Shown piece by piece: positions 19,561 through 27,981 of a stretch of DNA of 64,000 nucleotides. The notes under the pieces are model-generated. The model had not been told where the DNA came from and searched no databases. It saw only the letters and a list, made by a program, of their open reading frames with translations. Positions within the stretch are counted from its first letter, which is position 1. Every line of letters begins with the position of its first letter. Made by a program: the position numbers and the translations under genes. This DNA is from an uncultured Planctomycetales bacterium. GTDB lineage: Bacteria > Omnitrophota > Gorgyraeia > Zapsychrales > JANLHA01. The stretch is from assembly GCA_964474085.1 (NCBI GenBank), contig CAYYRJ010000011.1, positions 11,347 through 75,346 on the forward strand, written 5' to 3'.

Positions 19561-19721
19561 GGGGATTTTCCCAAAAGATACTACCCCTCACTCTAAGTTT
19601 CTTTTGGGGATATGTTGATACATGGGCCGGGAGTCCCAAAAGGGGGATTTCGGTTTTAGAATCGTTTTGTTAAAGAGGCCTTTATTAAGAAATTTCAGAA
19701 TACTCCAAATTTATTCCACTT

Positions 19722-20165
19722 TTAGCTACCCGGGATCGAAGGTACTGGCTGGCTAACAATCTGCAACGGGAGATTTGCCACTACTTTCCAATTGTCACTA
19801 TCCAAAAAGGAAACTTCAAAAGAATAAAGACCCGCTTGTTTTAAAGTTAAAGGGAAAAGCCTCAGTCTTGATCGTGTTCGGATGTGGGTCTGTAAATTAA
19901 TTTCAATCTGTTGACTGAATAGAACTTCTCTGGTTGGCGAACAAAAATTGACACGTACTGTGCCGCTGACAGGTTGTCCATAATCAGATCTACTCCACAG
20001 ATTAACAAGCTCCAAAGATATTGGCACTACAGAAACCTTATCTGCAGATAATCCTCCCGGGACACCAACACCAATTTGCTCAATAACATTGTGCAAACTC
20101 ATATTATTAGTGTCTTTATCAATAACAGTTCGTTCACATAAAACTGACCAGTTATGTTCTATCAT
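19722..20165 (-). CDS. Hypothetical protein (147 aa), paralogous to 50255-50647
   Basis: Shared pattern SxLC(E/D)...D...SLHNV ... GxYSFxV ... LPLxIV with the 130-aa protein at 50255-50647. Confidence 0.4.
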   Translation of the reverse strand: MIEHNWSVLCERTVIDKDTNNMSLHNVIEQIGVGVPGGLSADKVSVVPISLELVNLWSRSDYGQPVSGTVRVNFCSPTREVLFSQQIEINLQTHIRTRSRLRLFPLTLKQAGLYSFEVSFLDSDNWKVVANLPLQIVSQPVPSIPGS

Positions 20166-20672
20166 TTATTCCTCCATACCTTTTTGAGATATACCACTAA
20201 AATTTTTCATACTAAAAACTGTCCCAAAATTAACAGGATCTAATCCTTGCAATCTATTTTTATAGGGTGATTCAGAATAGATCTCTTCGCTCTTGCTGTT
20301 ATCCATTTTAATAATATACACTTCTCTCACTTGTCCTTTATTTTCCACATATGCATCTAATGCTTTAGATGTAACCTCATTTAGAGAAATTCCTCTCTCT
20401 ATTGCCAAATAATGCGCTTTTCTATGAAGTTCCTCTCCAACACGAACGTTGAAAGATCCCTTAAATGGTTTATCCGGTTCTTTATCTAACTCTTTACATG
20501 TTGATATGTAATCATCAACACTATCTTCAAAGGCTTTTTTTAATTCTTGGACATCAGCCCCCTGATAATCAACCAAATCGCGAATAAACTCTATTTTCCC
20601 ATATAAAATCTCATCTTCGGCGTTATACCTCACCGAGCCATAATATCCTTTATATTCAAACATTTCTTTCAT
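20166..20672 (-). CDS. hicB: HicB-family antitoxin (type II TA)
   Basis: EYKGYYGSVRYNAEDEILYGKIEFIRDLVDYQGADVQELKKAFEDSVDDYISTCKELDKEPDKPFKGSFNVRV matches the HicB N-terminal domain, with a C-terminal RHH-like region (LHRKAHYLAIERGISLNE). Confidence 0.7.
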   Translation of the reverse strand: MKEMFEYKGYYGSVRYNAEDEILYGKIEFIRDLVDYQGADVQELKKAFEDSVDDYISTCKELDKEPDKPFKGSFNVRVGEELHRKAHYLAIERGISLNEVTSKALDAYVENKGQVREVYIIKMDNSKSEEIYSESPYKNRLQGLDPVNFGTVFSMKNFSGISQKGMEE

Positions 20673-20917
20673 ATTAACCCCTCCCTTTCTAAGGCCTCGT
20701 GAACAGACTTAACATGGTGTCCCTTTAAAATGTTTCCTGGGTGCGGCTCATGAAGGAAAATTTTATGATTTGTCGCTTCATTAATAAATTTTCGCCGCGA
20801 TCCCGAGCCAGGAATTAAGTCATAGCCAAAATACCCTAATAGCCGGATTAGTTCATCCCAGGTAAAATCTTTAGGTTTAAGTCTAAACCGTTCAATTAGC
20901 TTCTCACGTGTTGACAT
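20669..20917 (-). CDS. hicA: HicA-family mRNA interferase toxin
   Basis: 82 aa. LIRLLGYFGYDLIPGSGSRRKF...HEPHPGNILKGHHVKSVHEAL matches the HicA/YcfA dsRBD-like fold motifs. Overlaps hicB by 4 nt. Confidence 0.7.
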   Translation of the reverse strand: MSTREKLIERFRLKPKDFTWDELIRLLGYFGYDLIPGSGSRRKFINEATNHKIFLHEPHPGNILKGHHVKSVHEALEREGLI

Positions 20918-21057
20918 TCTCTCTCACAAGGTCTATTGGGAGTATATAACATAAATTACTTTCGTGCAACTAAATTTAGTTGCATTATATCCCAATATTA
21001 AAAATTGTAAAGAAAAATATTTTTAACCCGACCTTCAGGATTTGAACCTGATTAATT

Positions 21058-22164
21058 TTATTTGTAACCCATTGGGAACGATGGGCTATCTGTTGAGGCG
21101 GGTGTCCGATGTGCCATATTTGTGCCAGCTTTCGGAAGATCGCTCAGGTTGAGCGACTGGACCGCACGCTGTTTATGGCTGCAACTGAGGTGGGAATAGC
21201 GCAGAGTCATTTCGATGGTCTTGTGGCCGAGCAGTTCTTTCACGGTAATTAGATCCACCCCGGCCATGACAAGTTGCGAGGCGAAGGTATGTCTAAGATC
21301 ATGAAACCGAAAGTTCTCAATCTTCGCCTTCCCCAAGGCAGTATGAAACGACTTTTTGATATCGTTAAACGGCTTGCCATCAAAGCTGGCAAAAACGTAT
21401 GGGCTTTCTGGATCCTTTCTGACGCGGTAAAGAATATCGCGCACAGCATCATTGATCGGGACCTCACGCTGTTCGCCGTTCTTGGTCTGTAAAATGTGAA
21501 TCAACCCGTGGGCCATATCAACATTATTCCATTTTAAATTAAACACCTCTCCCTTTCGCATCCCGGTGTTAATCGCAAACTGTACGATATCCTTTAAATG
21601 ATCTTCGCAATGGTCGAGTAGCCGCTGAATATCCTCCTTCTCAAGAAACCGGATCCGCTTATTATCCACCGGCAAAAATTTAAAACCATGAACAGGATTG
21701 CGGCCACCAAAATATTCCCACTCAATCGCCTTGTTAAACATATTTCGTAAAATACCCAAATCTTTGTTCACCGTGTTAGGTACGATCGGTTTTTGACTAC
21801 GTGGATTTGTGTGCTGTAGCCGCCAATCAACATATTTCTCGACGTCACGCTGAATGATCTCATGAAGATACTTACTACCAAAATAACTCGTAAGATGACG
21901 GACATTACTGATCGATGACTTATGCCATCCGCGCAAGGTCCTCTTGCAATGCCGCTCGAGATACTCCACAGCGAAATCTTTAAACTTGATCTTCTGCTCG
22001 CGCTTAATATCTAGGTGCTTGTTCTCCGCGACCAGAGTTAATCGCTTTTGAAGAATCTTCAAAGCGATTGCTTTATTAGGCCCGACCATTTCACGTTTGC
22101 GCACTCCTTCTGCGGTGAAATAATCAACACCCCAAACCTTTCCTCTTTGGAATACTCTTGACAT
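21058..22164 (-). CDS. int: Tyrosine-type site-specific integrase (phage integrase family)
   Basis: C-terminal catalytic region with R...HDLRHTFASQL...LGHKTIEMTLRYSH (R-H-R-Y tetrad context). An N-terminal SAM-like/arm-binding region. The 3' end contains the att-like core variant at 21108-21126. Confidence 0.85.
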   Translation of the reverse strand: MSRVFQRGKVWGVDYFTAEGVRKREMVGPNKAIALKILQKRLTLVAENKHLDIKREQKIKFKDFAVEYLERHCKRTLRGWHKSSISNVRHLTSYFGSKYLHEIIQRDVEKYVDWRLQHTNPRSQKPIVPNTVNKDLGILRNMFNKAIEWEYFGGRNPVHGFKFLPVDNKRIRFLEKEDIQRLLDHCEDHLKDIVQFAINTGMRKGEVFNLKWNNVDMAHGLIHILQTKNGEQREVPINDAVRDILYRVRKDPESPYVFASFDGKPFNDIKKSFHTALGKAKIENFRFHDLRHTFASQLVMAGVDLITVKELLGHKTIEMTLRYSHLSCSHKQRAVQSLNLSDLPKAGTNMAHRTPASTDSPSFPMGYK

Positions 22165-22228
22165 AGTTTAATTATAACACCCGATATAATGGGGTGTCAA
22201 TGCTGGCGCACCCTAGTATAATAGGTGC
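22165..22228. promoter_or_regulatory. Divergent promoter region for int and the XRE gene. Leftward: TTGACA (plus 22195-22200), 17 nt, TTATAAT (plus 22171-22177), ending about 7 nt from the int ATG. Rightward: TAGTATAAT 5 nt before the XRE ATG. Both transcripts are probably leaderless.
   Basis: Read directly from the sequence. The -35 context ggggtgtcaa is shared with the nrtR and hsdR promoters. Confidence 0.55.
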
Positions 22229-22441
22229 ATGAAAATTGAATTGCGATTTATTATCAGTCAAAAAATAAAAAAGATTAGATCAAAGCTAAAATTAACCCAA
22301 GAGCAACTTTCCGAAACTTCTGGCGTAGGGTATAAATATCTTCAAATGATTGAAGGGAGCAATCCCCCAAACATATCCTTGAAAACGATCGAAAAACTAG
22401 CCAAAGCCCTCAAGACCACCCCCGCAAACCTTCTTAAATAG
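22229..22441 (+). CDS. XRE-family HTH transcriptional regulator (candidate island master repressor)
   Basis: LKLTQEQLSETSGVGYKYLQMIEGSNPPNISLKTIEKLAKAL is a classic Cro/C1-type HTH. Divergent from int. Confidence 0.7.
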   Translation: MKIELRFIISQKIKKIRSKLKLTQEQLSETSGVGYKYLQMIEGSNPPNISLKTIEKLAKALKTTPANLLK

Positions 22442-22628
22442 CCATCTCTTTCACTTTCCGCCGCTCCAGCCACTCATCGATCTCTGATTTTCGGAATTTC
22501 ACCAGCCGCCCAACCTTGTAATACGGGATCTGCCGGCAATGTGTCCAGCTATAAATCGTACTAGCCCTTACATGTAAATACCGTGTGAGCTCGTGTATTC
22601 CCATCATATTTTCTATCTCATTTTTCAT
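22434..22628 (-). CDS. AlpA/excisionase-like DNA-binding protein
   Basis: 64 aa. ...IHELTRYLHVRASTIYSWTHCRQIPYYKVGRLVKFRKSEIDEWL is an AlpA/Xis-type HTH with its YxxxxxxFPxP-like pattern. Confidence 0.6.
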   Translation of the reverse strand: MKNEIENMMGIHELTRYLHVRASTIYSWTHCRQIPYYKVGRLVKFRKSEIDEWLERRKVKEMAI

Positions 22629-22639
22629 TGTAAATATAT

Positions 22640-23060
22640 GTAATTATTTAAGTTAAAGAAAATATACTAACAAAAATTGCAAGGAAATCGGAAAATCCAA
22701 GTTGTAAGTCGTAAATATATGAAATATAAAGAGTTAAGTTGTTTATGCCTGTAATTAGCACTTAGGTAAATTGCGCCTAAAGCATTGTAAATAAATGCTT
22801 TATGTTTTTACACATAAAATACCCTATATATTTCGCAATGAACACGCTTGTTCTATGGTCGCAATATATCTATCACCATACCAAGATCGCACACTCCTTA
22901 TAAAGAACTACTATTACTACGACGATCCATATCTGCCGGTAGAAGCAGTTTTTGCTGCTTCTACTCAGGCAGACATTATGGCGGAATTGCTCACCCACTC
23001 ATTTACTACGTTAATACGATGACTGTTTTTGAATATAAAAATTGCACACCTCCTCTTTTA
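22640..23060. promoter_or_regulatory. AT-rich non-coding region between the replicase and the excisionase. It carries a perfect 10-bp inverted repeat (gtagaagcag ... ctgcttctac, about 22925-22951) and short direct repeats (tcgcaat x3, tactac x4). Candidate replication origin.
   Basis: Seen in sequence. The position, immediately downstream of the pri-rep gene, matches PICI/satellite ori placement. Confidence 0.3.
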
Positions 23061-24815
23061 CTACAATAAATCTTCTTTATGATTTTCTTGAACTGGACTA
23101 AATAAGCTCACTTGAGAGGCAGCTTTATACAGATGATGTGTCTTGCTGCTTTTATCGACCAAAATAATTTTTGATTCTTCAATTAAACCTCTTAACGTTG
23201 TTTCTGAACAGATTTTTTGATCTTTCGCATATTTGATCAAAACCGGAACCGACACCCGATCCTGCTGAAAATGTTCAAAAAGCTGGACTAGCGTGCGATC
23301 ATCAAATTTCTTAACAAAATCGGTTATAAATTCAAAACAAAAGCTCTCCGGGTTTATTTTTGCTATAAATGGAGAGAACTTTTGTCTATTGCGATTTTTA
23401 TGACAGGAAATGGTAACACTAGAAAATGAACCTTCTAAAGTAATATGGGTATCAAGCCAAGCCTCCCAACGATATGATCCCGCAGCCATCTGACCACCAG
23501 TCTTAAAGTCTCTGGTAGCCTTGCGCCAATGATGAACAACTAAAATAGAGATGCTAAATTTAGCAATAAGCGTATTTAAGTATGCAATCAATTTCCCGAC
23601 CTGCTCTTGATTGCTTTCATCACCTGACCAAGCGTTCCCGAGAGGGTCTAGAATTAAAACATCTACTTCTAACGTCTCAAGCCATCCCTCGATCAACTTT
23701 TTACTCTCGTCATTTAGAAGATCCAGCGCTGGAATATATTTAACATACAAATTTTCAAAACTACCTGTTCTAAAGCCTGACATTTTTTTGAAACGTTCCC
23801 ATAATGCTGATTCGCCCATTTCTAAATCAAGATAAAGCACTTTGGCAGGCTTCACGTCAAACTTACCCATAAATTGCTCGCTCCCACTGGCTATATCTAA
23901 AGCTAAGTTTTGAACAAGAATACTTTTGCCAATATTTGGGGCGGCAGAAACCATTGCTTTTCCTTTTTTCTGAATGATGTCCTGAACATAATATTCAACT
24001 GGCGGAATGTCTTTTTTCAAGAACTCAGGCAAAGACAGAGGCGGGAGAATAAGAAGATTATCGGTAGGGCTGTTTAATTCTTTCTTGTGGTGAATCTCAA
24101 AAATACTTTTAACTATTGTCTCGACTTCAATTCCGGGCAAAGGTGGTTTATTTTTTGCATTAACTGCGTTCACTACCTCTAGGCACTCTTCAAAACATAA
24201 TCCATCGTTAATTAAAGATCCAGCTATTCGGGTTAGGCTGTCATTCCTGCTACCCTCAGTTACGCCATCATAAATGTCTTTTATTGGAACTTTTTCATCT
24301 TCACTATTTGCAAGAATCCATTCGGGAAGATCAGCAAGTTTTACATCATCCAAAGACTTGCCTGCGCACCAATGGTAGCTATTCCCGTTCTCATGAACAC
24401 TTGGCGACGCGACTACATATCCACCATCTCCGCGCAAATCGATCCCGGGCAAATTAGCTTTTTTCTGAAAATTCCTCGTTCCTGTCTTATGCTTGCAAAG
24501 AAGATGATACCCCCGCCCTGTCTTGGCTAACGGAGAATCTGAGACTTTGTAATTTTGTTGCGCTTCTGCAAATGCTTCTGGACTATCAAAATCGATAACA
24601 TCAATTCCGGAAATCTCCCCTGTTACAATGCCGATGTTTGCATTAGGCCATCGCTCAAACCAATCTTTAACCTCACTCTCCGTTGGTTTTCTTTTTTGAA
24701 ACTCCGCCCATGGAACAAGAGGCTCTTTCCCTCTCTCTCTGAGTGGAATTATTGATAACCCTTTTCTTAAATAATTGAGCGCCTGCTCAAGACAATTTGG
24801 AAGTGTTTGTTGCAT
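23061..24815 (-). CDS. Replication protein: an N-terminal bifunctional primase-polymerase (Prim-Pol) domain fused to a P-loop RepA/DnaB-like (AAA_25-type) helicase/ATPase
   Basis: The N-terminus LSIIPLRERGKEPLVPWAEFQKRKPTESEVKDWFERWPNANIGIVTGEISGIDVIDFD is Prim-Pol-like. The central Walker A APNIGKSILVQNLALDIASG and Walker B VLILDPLGNAW are RepA-like. Confidence 0.7.
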   Translation of the reverse strand: MQQTLPNCLEQALNYLRKGLSIIPLRERGKEPLVPWAEFQKRKPTESEVKDWFERWPNANIGIVTGEISGIDVIDFDSPEAFAEAQQNYKVSDSPLAKTGRGYHLLCKHKTGTRNFQKKANLPGIDLRGDGGYVVASPSVHENGNSYHWCAGKSLDDVKLADLPEWILANSEDEKVPIKDIYDGVTEGSRNDSLTRIAGSLINDGLCFEECLEVVNAVNAKNKPPLPGIEVETIVKSIFEIHHKKELNSPTDNLLILPPLSLPEFLKKDIPPVEYYVQDIIQKKGKAMVSAAPNIGKSILVQNLALDIASGSEQFMGKFDVKPAKVLYLDLEMGESALWERFKKMSGFRTGSFENLYVKYIPALDLLNDESKKLIEGWLETLEVDVLILDPLGNAWSGDESNQEQVGKLIAYLNTLIAKFSISILVVHHWRKATRDFKTGGQMAAGSYRWEAWLDTHITLEGSFSSVTISCHKNRNRQKFSPFIAKINPESFCFEFITDFVKKFDDRTLVQLFEHFQQDRVSVPVLIKYAKDQKICSETTLRGLIEESKIILVDKSSKTHHLYKAASQVSLFSPVQENHKEDLL

Positions 24816-25107
24816 TGGAATAGTGTCCCTTCACTTTTTCAGTCAATTCTTCGATTTTCTGGACTACAGCAAATCGCATTACTTCGTAAGTTTCTCGATC
24901 TATCGGGTAAAAAACGTTGATCTCTTTCCCGTTAGGCAAAATTTGTTTTGGGAATAACAATCTAATTTCTCCGTTTGGCTTTGTGTAAACAGCGATAGAG
25001 CTTAAGGCGAGCTTGCTATCGAAGAGAAAACCGGCAAAACCGATAAGACCTTTTGGGGTGGGTTTGATTGGATAAATGCTGATTTCTGTAATTACTGGTT
25101 CTGACAT
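24787..25107 (-). CDS. Hypothetical protein (106 aa)
   Basis: ORF overlapping the 5' end of the replicase gene. No motifs. Confidence 0.3.
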   Translation of the reverse strand: MSEPVITEISIYPIKPTPKGLIGFAGFLFDSKLALSSIAVYTKPNGEIRLLFPKQILPNGKEINVFYPIDRETYEVMRFAVVQKIEELTEKVKGHYSNATNTSKLS

Positions 25108-25209
25108 TTTTTTCTCACTTTTTAAAATAAAAAACCCGTGATTTATTCAGTCACGGGTAAGAATAGCAAACACTTTAGGTTGTTCGCTGTGTGTCACATA
25201 AATTAGTTG

Positions 25210-25806
25210 CTATTTTTTGAAAATAATATTCTTTATGGTTGTCTCCTTGAGATTATAAGGATCTCGCTTGATCGGGACTTCTTCCAAAGACCGCTTTCGT
25301 GTAGTCCACATGCCGGAGAAAGGTTTCTCCGCGACGAATTTGTGCTTAATCTTTTTATATATAATCGCCCCTTTAATACCTTCTGATCGGAGTTGTCGAT
25401 ATGCTTTTTTTATCCACAAATCTTTATTTCGATTGAATTCTCTAATACCGGTAACAGCGCCGTAAGACTTTTTGCTCCGCCTCAATTCCCTTTGACCAAT
25501 ACTCTTTGGACGGTAAGTAAAATATTTATACAGACAATCTACATCACTAATTTTCATTCTTACCTGTCTTTGGTTTATCTCAGATGGATAAGCAATTACA
25601 GTGTATCTTCGCTTTTCAATATCCATCATCCATGCCATAATTCCGGTATCTCTATCTTTGATAAGATTTGTTACATAATGGGCAGGGAATGGTTTTGCCA
25701 AAGGAATCCCATCCTTAAAACCAAATTTCTTTAATAGTTTTTTCCCAGCTTTTAAATATTCAGCTTTGGTTTGATAAACGTCCTTGATCTTCTTAAAACC
25801 ACCCAC
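25210..25806 (-). CDS. Hypothetical basic protein (198 aa)
   Basis: Lys/Arg-rich ORF. No recognised motifs. Confidence 0.35.
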   Translation of the reverse strand: MGGFKKIKDVYQTKAEYLKAGKKLLKKFGFKDGIPLAKPFPAHYVTNLIKDRDTGIMAWMMDIEKRRYTVIAYPSEINQRQVRMKISDVDCLYKYFTYRPKSIGQRELRRSKKSYGAVTGIREFNRNKDLWIKKAYRQLRSEGIKGAIIYKKIKHKFVAEKPFSGMWTTRKRSLEEVPIKRDPYNLKETTIKNIIFKK

Positions 25807-25839
25807 ATCTTCCTCACATTTTCAGTAAAAGTGCAGCCT

Positions 25840-26793
25840 TCAGCTCGAACCCGAAACGGTCGGAAATGTCCCGGTCTCTGTTTTTCCTAAAATCTCAAGT
25901 GGTTGAGGAGTTTGTAGGTCTCGCCAAAATTCCATTGCATCCGCAGTACGATACGAAACTCTACGTCGCAGTGCTTTCTCCAAGGCAAAACTATATGGCG
26001 ACTGAAGCTGCAAAGCCATCTCACGCGGTTTACCACTCAAAATCTCCTCCTGAGTAAACCTCAATTCTTTTGAGCATGCCAATTCAAGTAATAGAAGCCC
26101 TGCATGGTATATATCAATACGATGATCTATGGGGCCAAACTCATTAGGATTCAAAACTTCCGGGGGAACCATCCATTGCGCCCTCGTATTTCTTGCATCA
26201 ACCTCATGAAATAATTTTGCAACACCAAGATCACCAAGTTTAAACTGCATTATTTCCTGATTTGTTGGGACCATTTCATCTTTTACCAAAGCAGTAAATA
26301 CATTGGCGGAATGAATATCCTGATGAGCATAATTGTTAATATGAAGATAATGAACGACTTGCAAAAGTGATCTGGCTATGGGCATTAACCATGCTTGCCC
26401 AGCAAAATTCGGAATTGCAAATAGCTGTTTGACCGAACAGTAACATCGTTCGGTTATGATATAAAATGTATCTCTGTATTCAAACGCATCATAAACAAAA
26501 GTAATATGTGGATTACGGAGCTGTAAAAGTTTAATAAGCTCAGCTTGCGCATCTGCTTTTACTTTTTCATAAGCTCTCCCTGTCGGTTTTAAAACTTTAG
26601 CCGCTAGGTCATTTCCCCAAACATCTTTGCATGAATAAACAACCCCAAAATTCCCCTCACCAATTTTCTCCCCCATAGTATAAGTATTATTTGTCGCTAA
26701 ACTGGTTATGACTTCGCCCACAGATGGAGGAACCATCATCCTAACCTGGGGAATACTTTGGGGTGAAGCTGGCTCTGGTAACTGCTGAGTCAT
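25840..26793 (-). CDS. Atypical eukaryotic-like Ser/Thr protein kinase domain protein, last gene of the hsdRMS operon
   Basis: Gly-rich loop GEGNFGVVYS, VAIK-like LAAKVLK, catalytic loop HQDIHSANVF (Asp retained, Lys replaced by His), DFG-like DLGVAKL, and APE-like PPEVL. Confidence 0.6.
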   Translation of the reverse strand: MTQQLPEPASPQSIPQVRMMVPPSVGEVITSLATNNTYTMGEKIGEGNFGVVYSCKDVWGNDLAAKVLKPTGRAYEKVKADAQAELIKLLQLRNPHITFVYDAFEYRDTFYIITERCYCSVKQLFAIPNFAGQAWLMPIARSLLQVVHYLHINNYAHQDIHSANVFTALVKDEMVPTNQEIMQFKLGDLGVAKLFHEVDARNTRAQWMVPPEVLNPNEFGPIDHRIDIYHAGLLLLELACSKELRFTQEEILSGKPREMALQLQSPYSFALEKALRRRVSYRTADAMEFWRDLQTPQPLEILGKTETGTFPTVSGSS

Positions 26794-26799
26794 TTTTTA

Positions 26800-27981
26800 T
26801 CAATTCTCGCTAAACGCCTGATGAAGCAACGATTGAAATAAATGCTCGGCTTGGCGTAAGGATTCTGCCTGTACATAGTTAAAACGCTCCTGTTTTGTAA
26901 AAACATCAACAAACTTTTTCTGAAGTGATAGCGATGGAACGATGATCGGGATGTCAGCTAAATCTTTATAATAGATCGCAAATACACTCGTTGTTCCAGA
27001 TTTAATTCGTTCCAAATTTTGTTTCAGCCAGGGAGATTGGAATAAACCAATCATAAATTCTGGCGTTAACATCGACTTAAAACGTATTCGCATAATATTG
27101 TTATTAAATAATCGCACCCCATGCCGTTGGGTATAAAGAGCTGTCTTCCCGACCAATTCTTTAGAATTACGCGTATTAAATAAAAAATCTCCAAATTGAA
27201 GACTAAAGCTACGAACTTCGGTGTCTGTTGCCTCAACTCGCTTTAATTTATTTAAATCTAATGTGCCGTCACCAATAATTGAATCCATCCTCAAATATTC
27301 ATAAGGATAGCTGTTATTCATTTCAACTGCCCCACGTACAAGTCCAAGCTGATTAGAATCAACCATATCTCCAAATGCGACTTGTTCGTAGCTGGCTGCG
27401 GTTTCCTTCAAATCACCAAACATCTCAACAAATACAGCGGGAAGGAATGAATCGCTCATTTCAAGCACATATCTGCGGATACGACGAAGGCGGTCGGCTT
27501 GATCCAATACTTTTACAATCTGTTTTTGCTTGGAAAGAGGTGGATAATAAATACTGCAGTCTAAAAGACGTTCATTATTTAAAATTGGAACAAGAGCCTG
27601 ATTTGCGTTTCTTTCAATTCGTGGCTTATTAAATAAAAACCAATAATAAGCAAAATCACTATCAATTTCATCATTAAAATTTAGTGCTGTAATTTGTTGA
27701 TTTGAGGAAGATTCTCGACGCAATATCCCGACTCTTCCAATTTCTCCAATACATGTAACTAATAAGGTGCCCCGCTGAAGCACTTTAGCTTTACCTTCTT
27801 CTACCGCTTTAGCTGTGATTCGACGCGAAGCAACTAATAGATTCTTAGAATTACCAATATCTGATGGAGTATACCAATCAATATCTCCATTAAAATACGC
27901 TGGCTCTTTCGTTGGAGGTGTTGTACCTGTTTGCACTCCAGTGACAACTTCAGCTAATGGACAAACAGTCCAATTCTTCAT
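26800..27981 (-). CDS. hsdS: Type I restriction-modification specificity subunit HsdS
   Basis: 393 aa with two target-recognition-domain halves separated by conserved helical spacers. Overlaps hsdM by 4 nt. Confidence 0.75.
   Translation of the reverse strand: MKNWTVCPLAEVVTGVQTGTTPPTKEPAYFNGDIDWYTPSDIGNSKNLLVASRRITAKAVEEGKAKVLQRGTLLVTCIGEIGRVGILRRESSSNQQITALNFNDEIDSDFAYYWFLFNKPRIERNANQALVPILNNERLLDCSIYYPPLSKQKQIVKVLDQADRLRRIRRYVLEMSDSFLPAVFVEMFGDLKETAASYEQVAFGDMVDSNQLGLVRGAVEMNNSYPYEYLRMDSIIGDGTLDLNKLKRVEATDTEVRSFSLQFGDFLFNTRNSKELVGKTALYTQRHGVRLFNNNIMRIRFKSMLTPEFMIGLFQSPWLKQNLERIKSGTTSVFAIYYKDLADIPIIVPSLSLQKKFVDVFTKQERFNYVQAESLRQAEHLFQSLLHQAFSEN

Larger units (their letters stand above)
9874..21126. 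mobile_element. Candidate older or decayed integrated segment carrying the NAD salvage regulon and HicAB. It lies between the left 19-bp repeat (with the integrase 3' remnant) and the int-embedded core variant. It may alternatively be the left half of a single 22.9-kb composite element, 9874-32767.
   Basis: Perfect 19-bp direct repeat at 9874/32749. Integrase 3' remnant at 9786-9895. No integrase of its own. Inference only. Confidence 0.3.
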
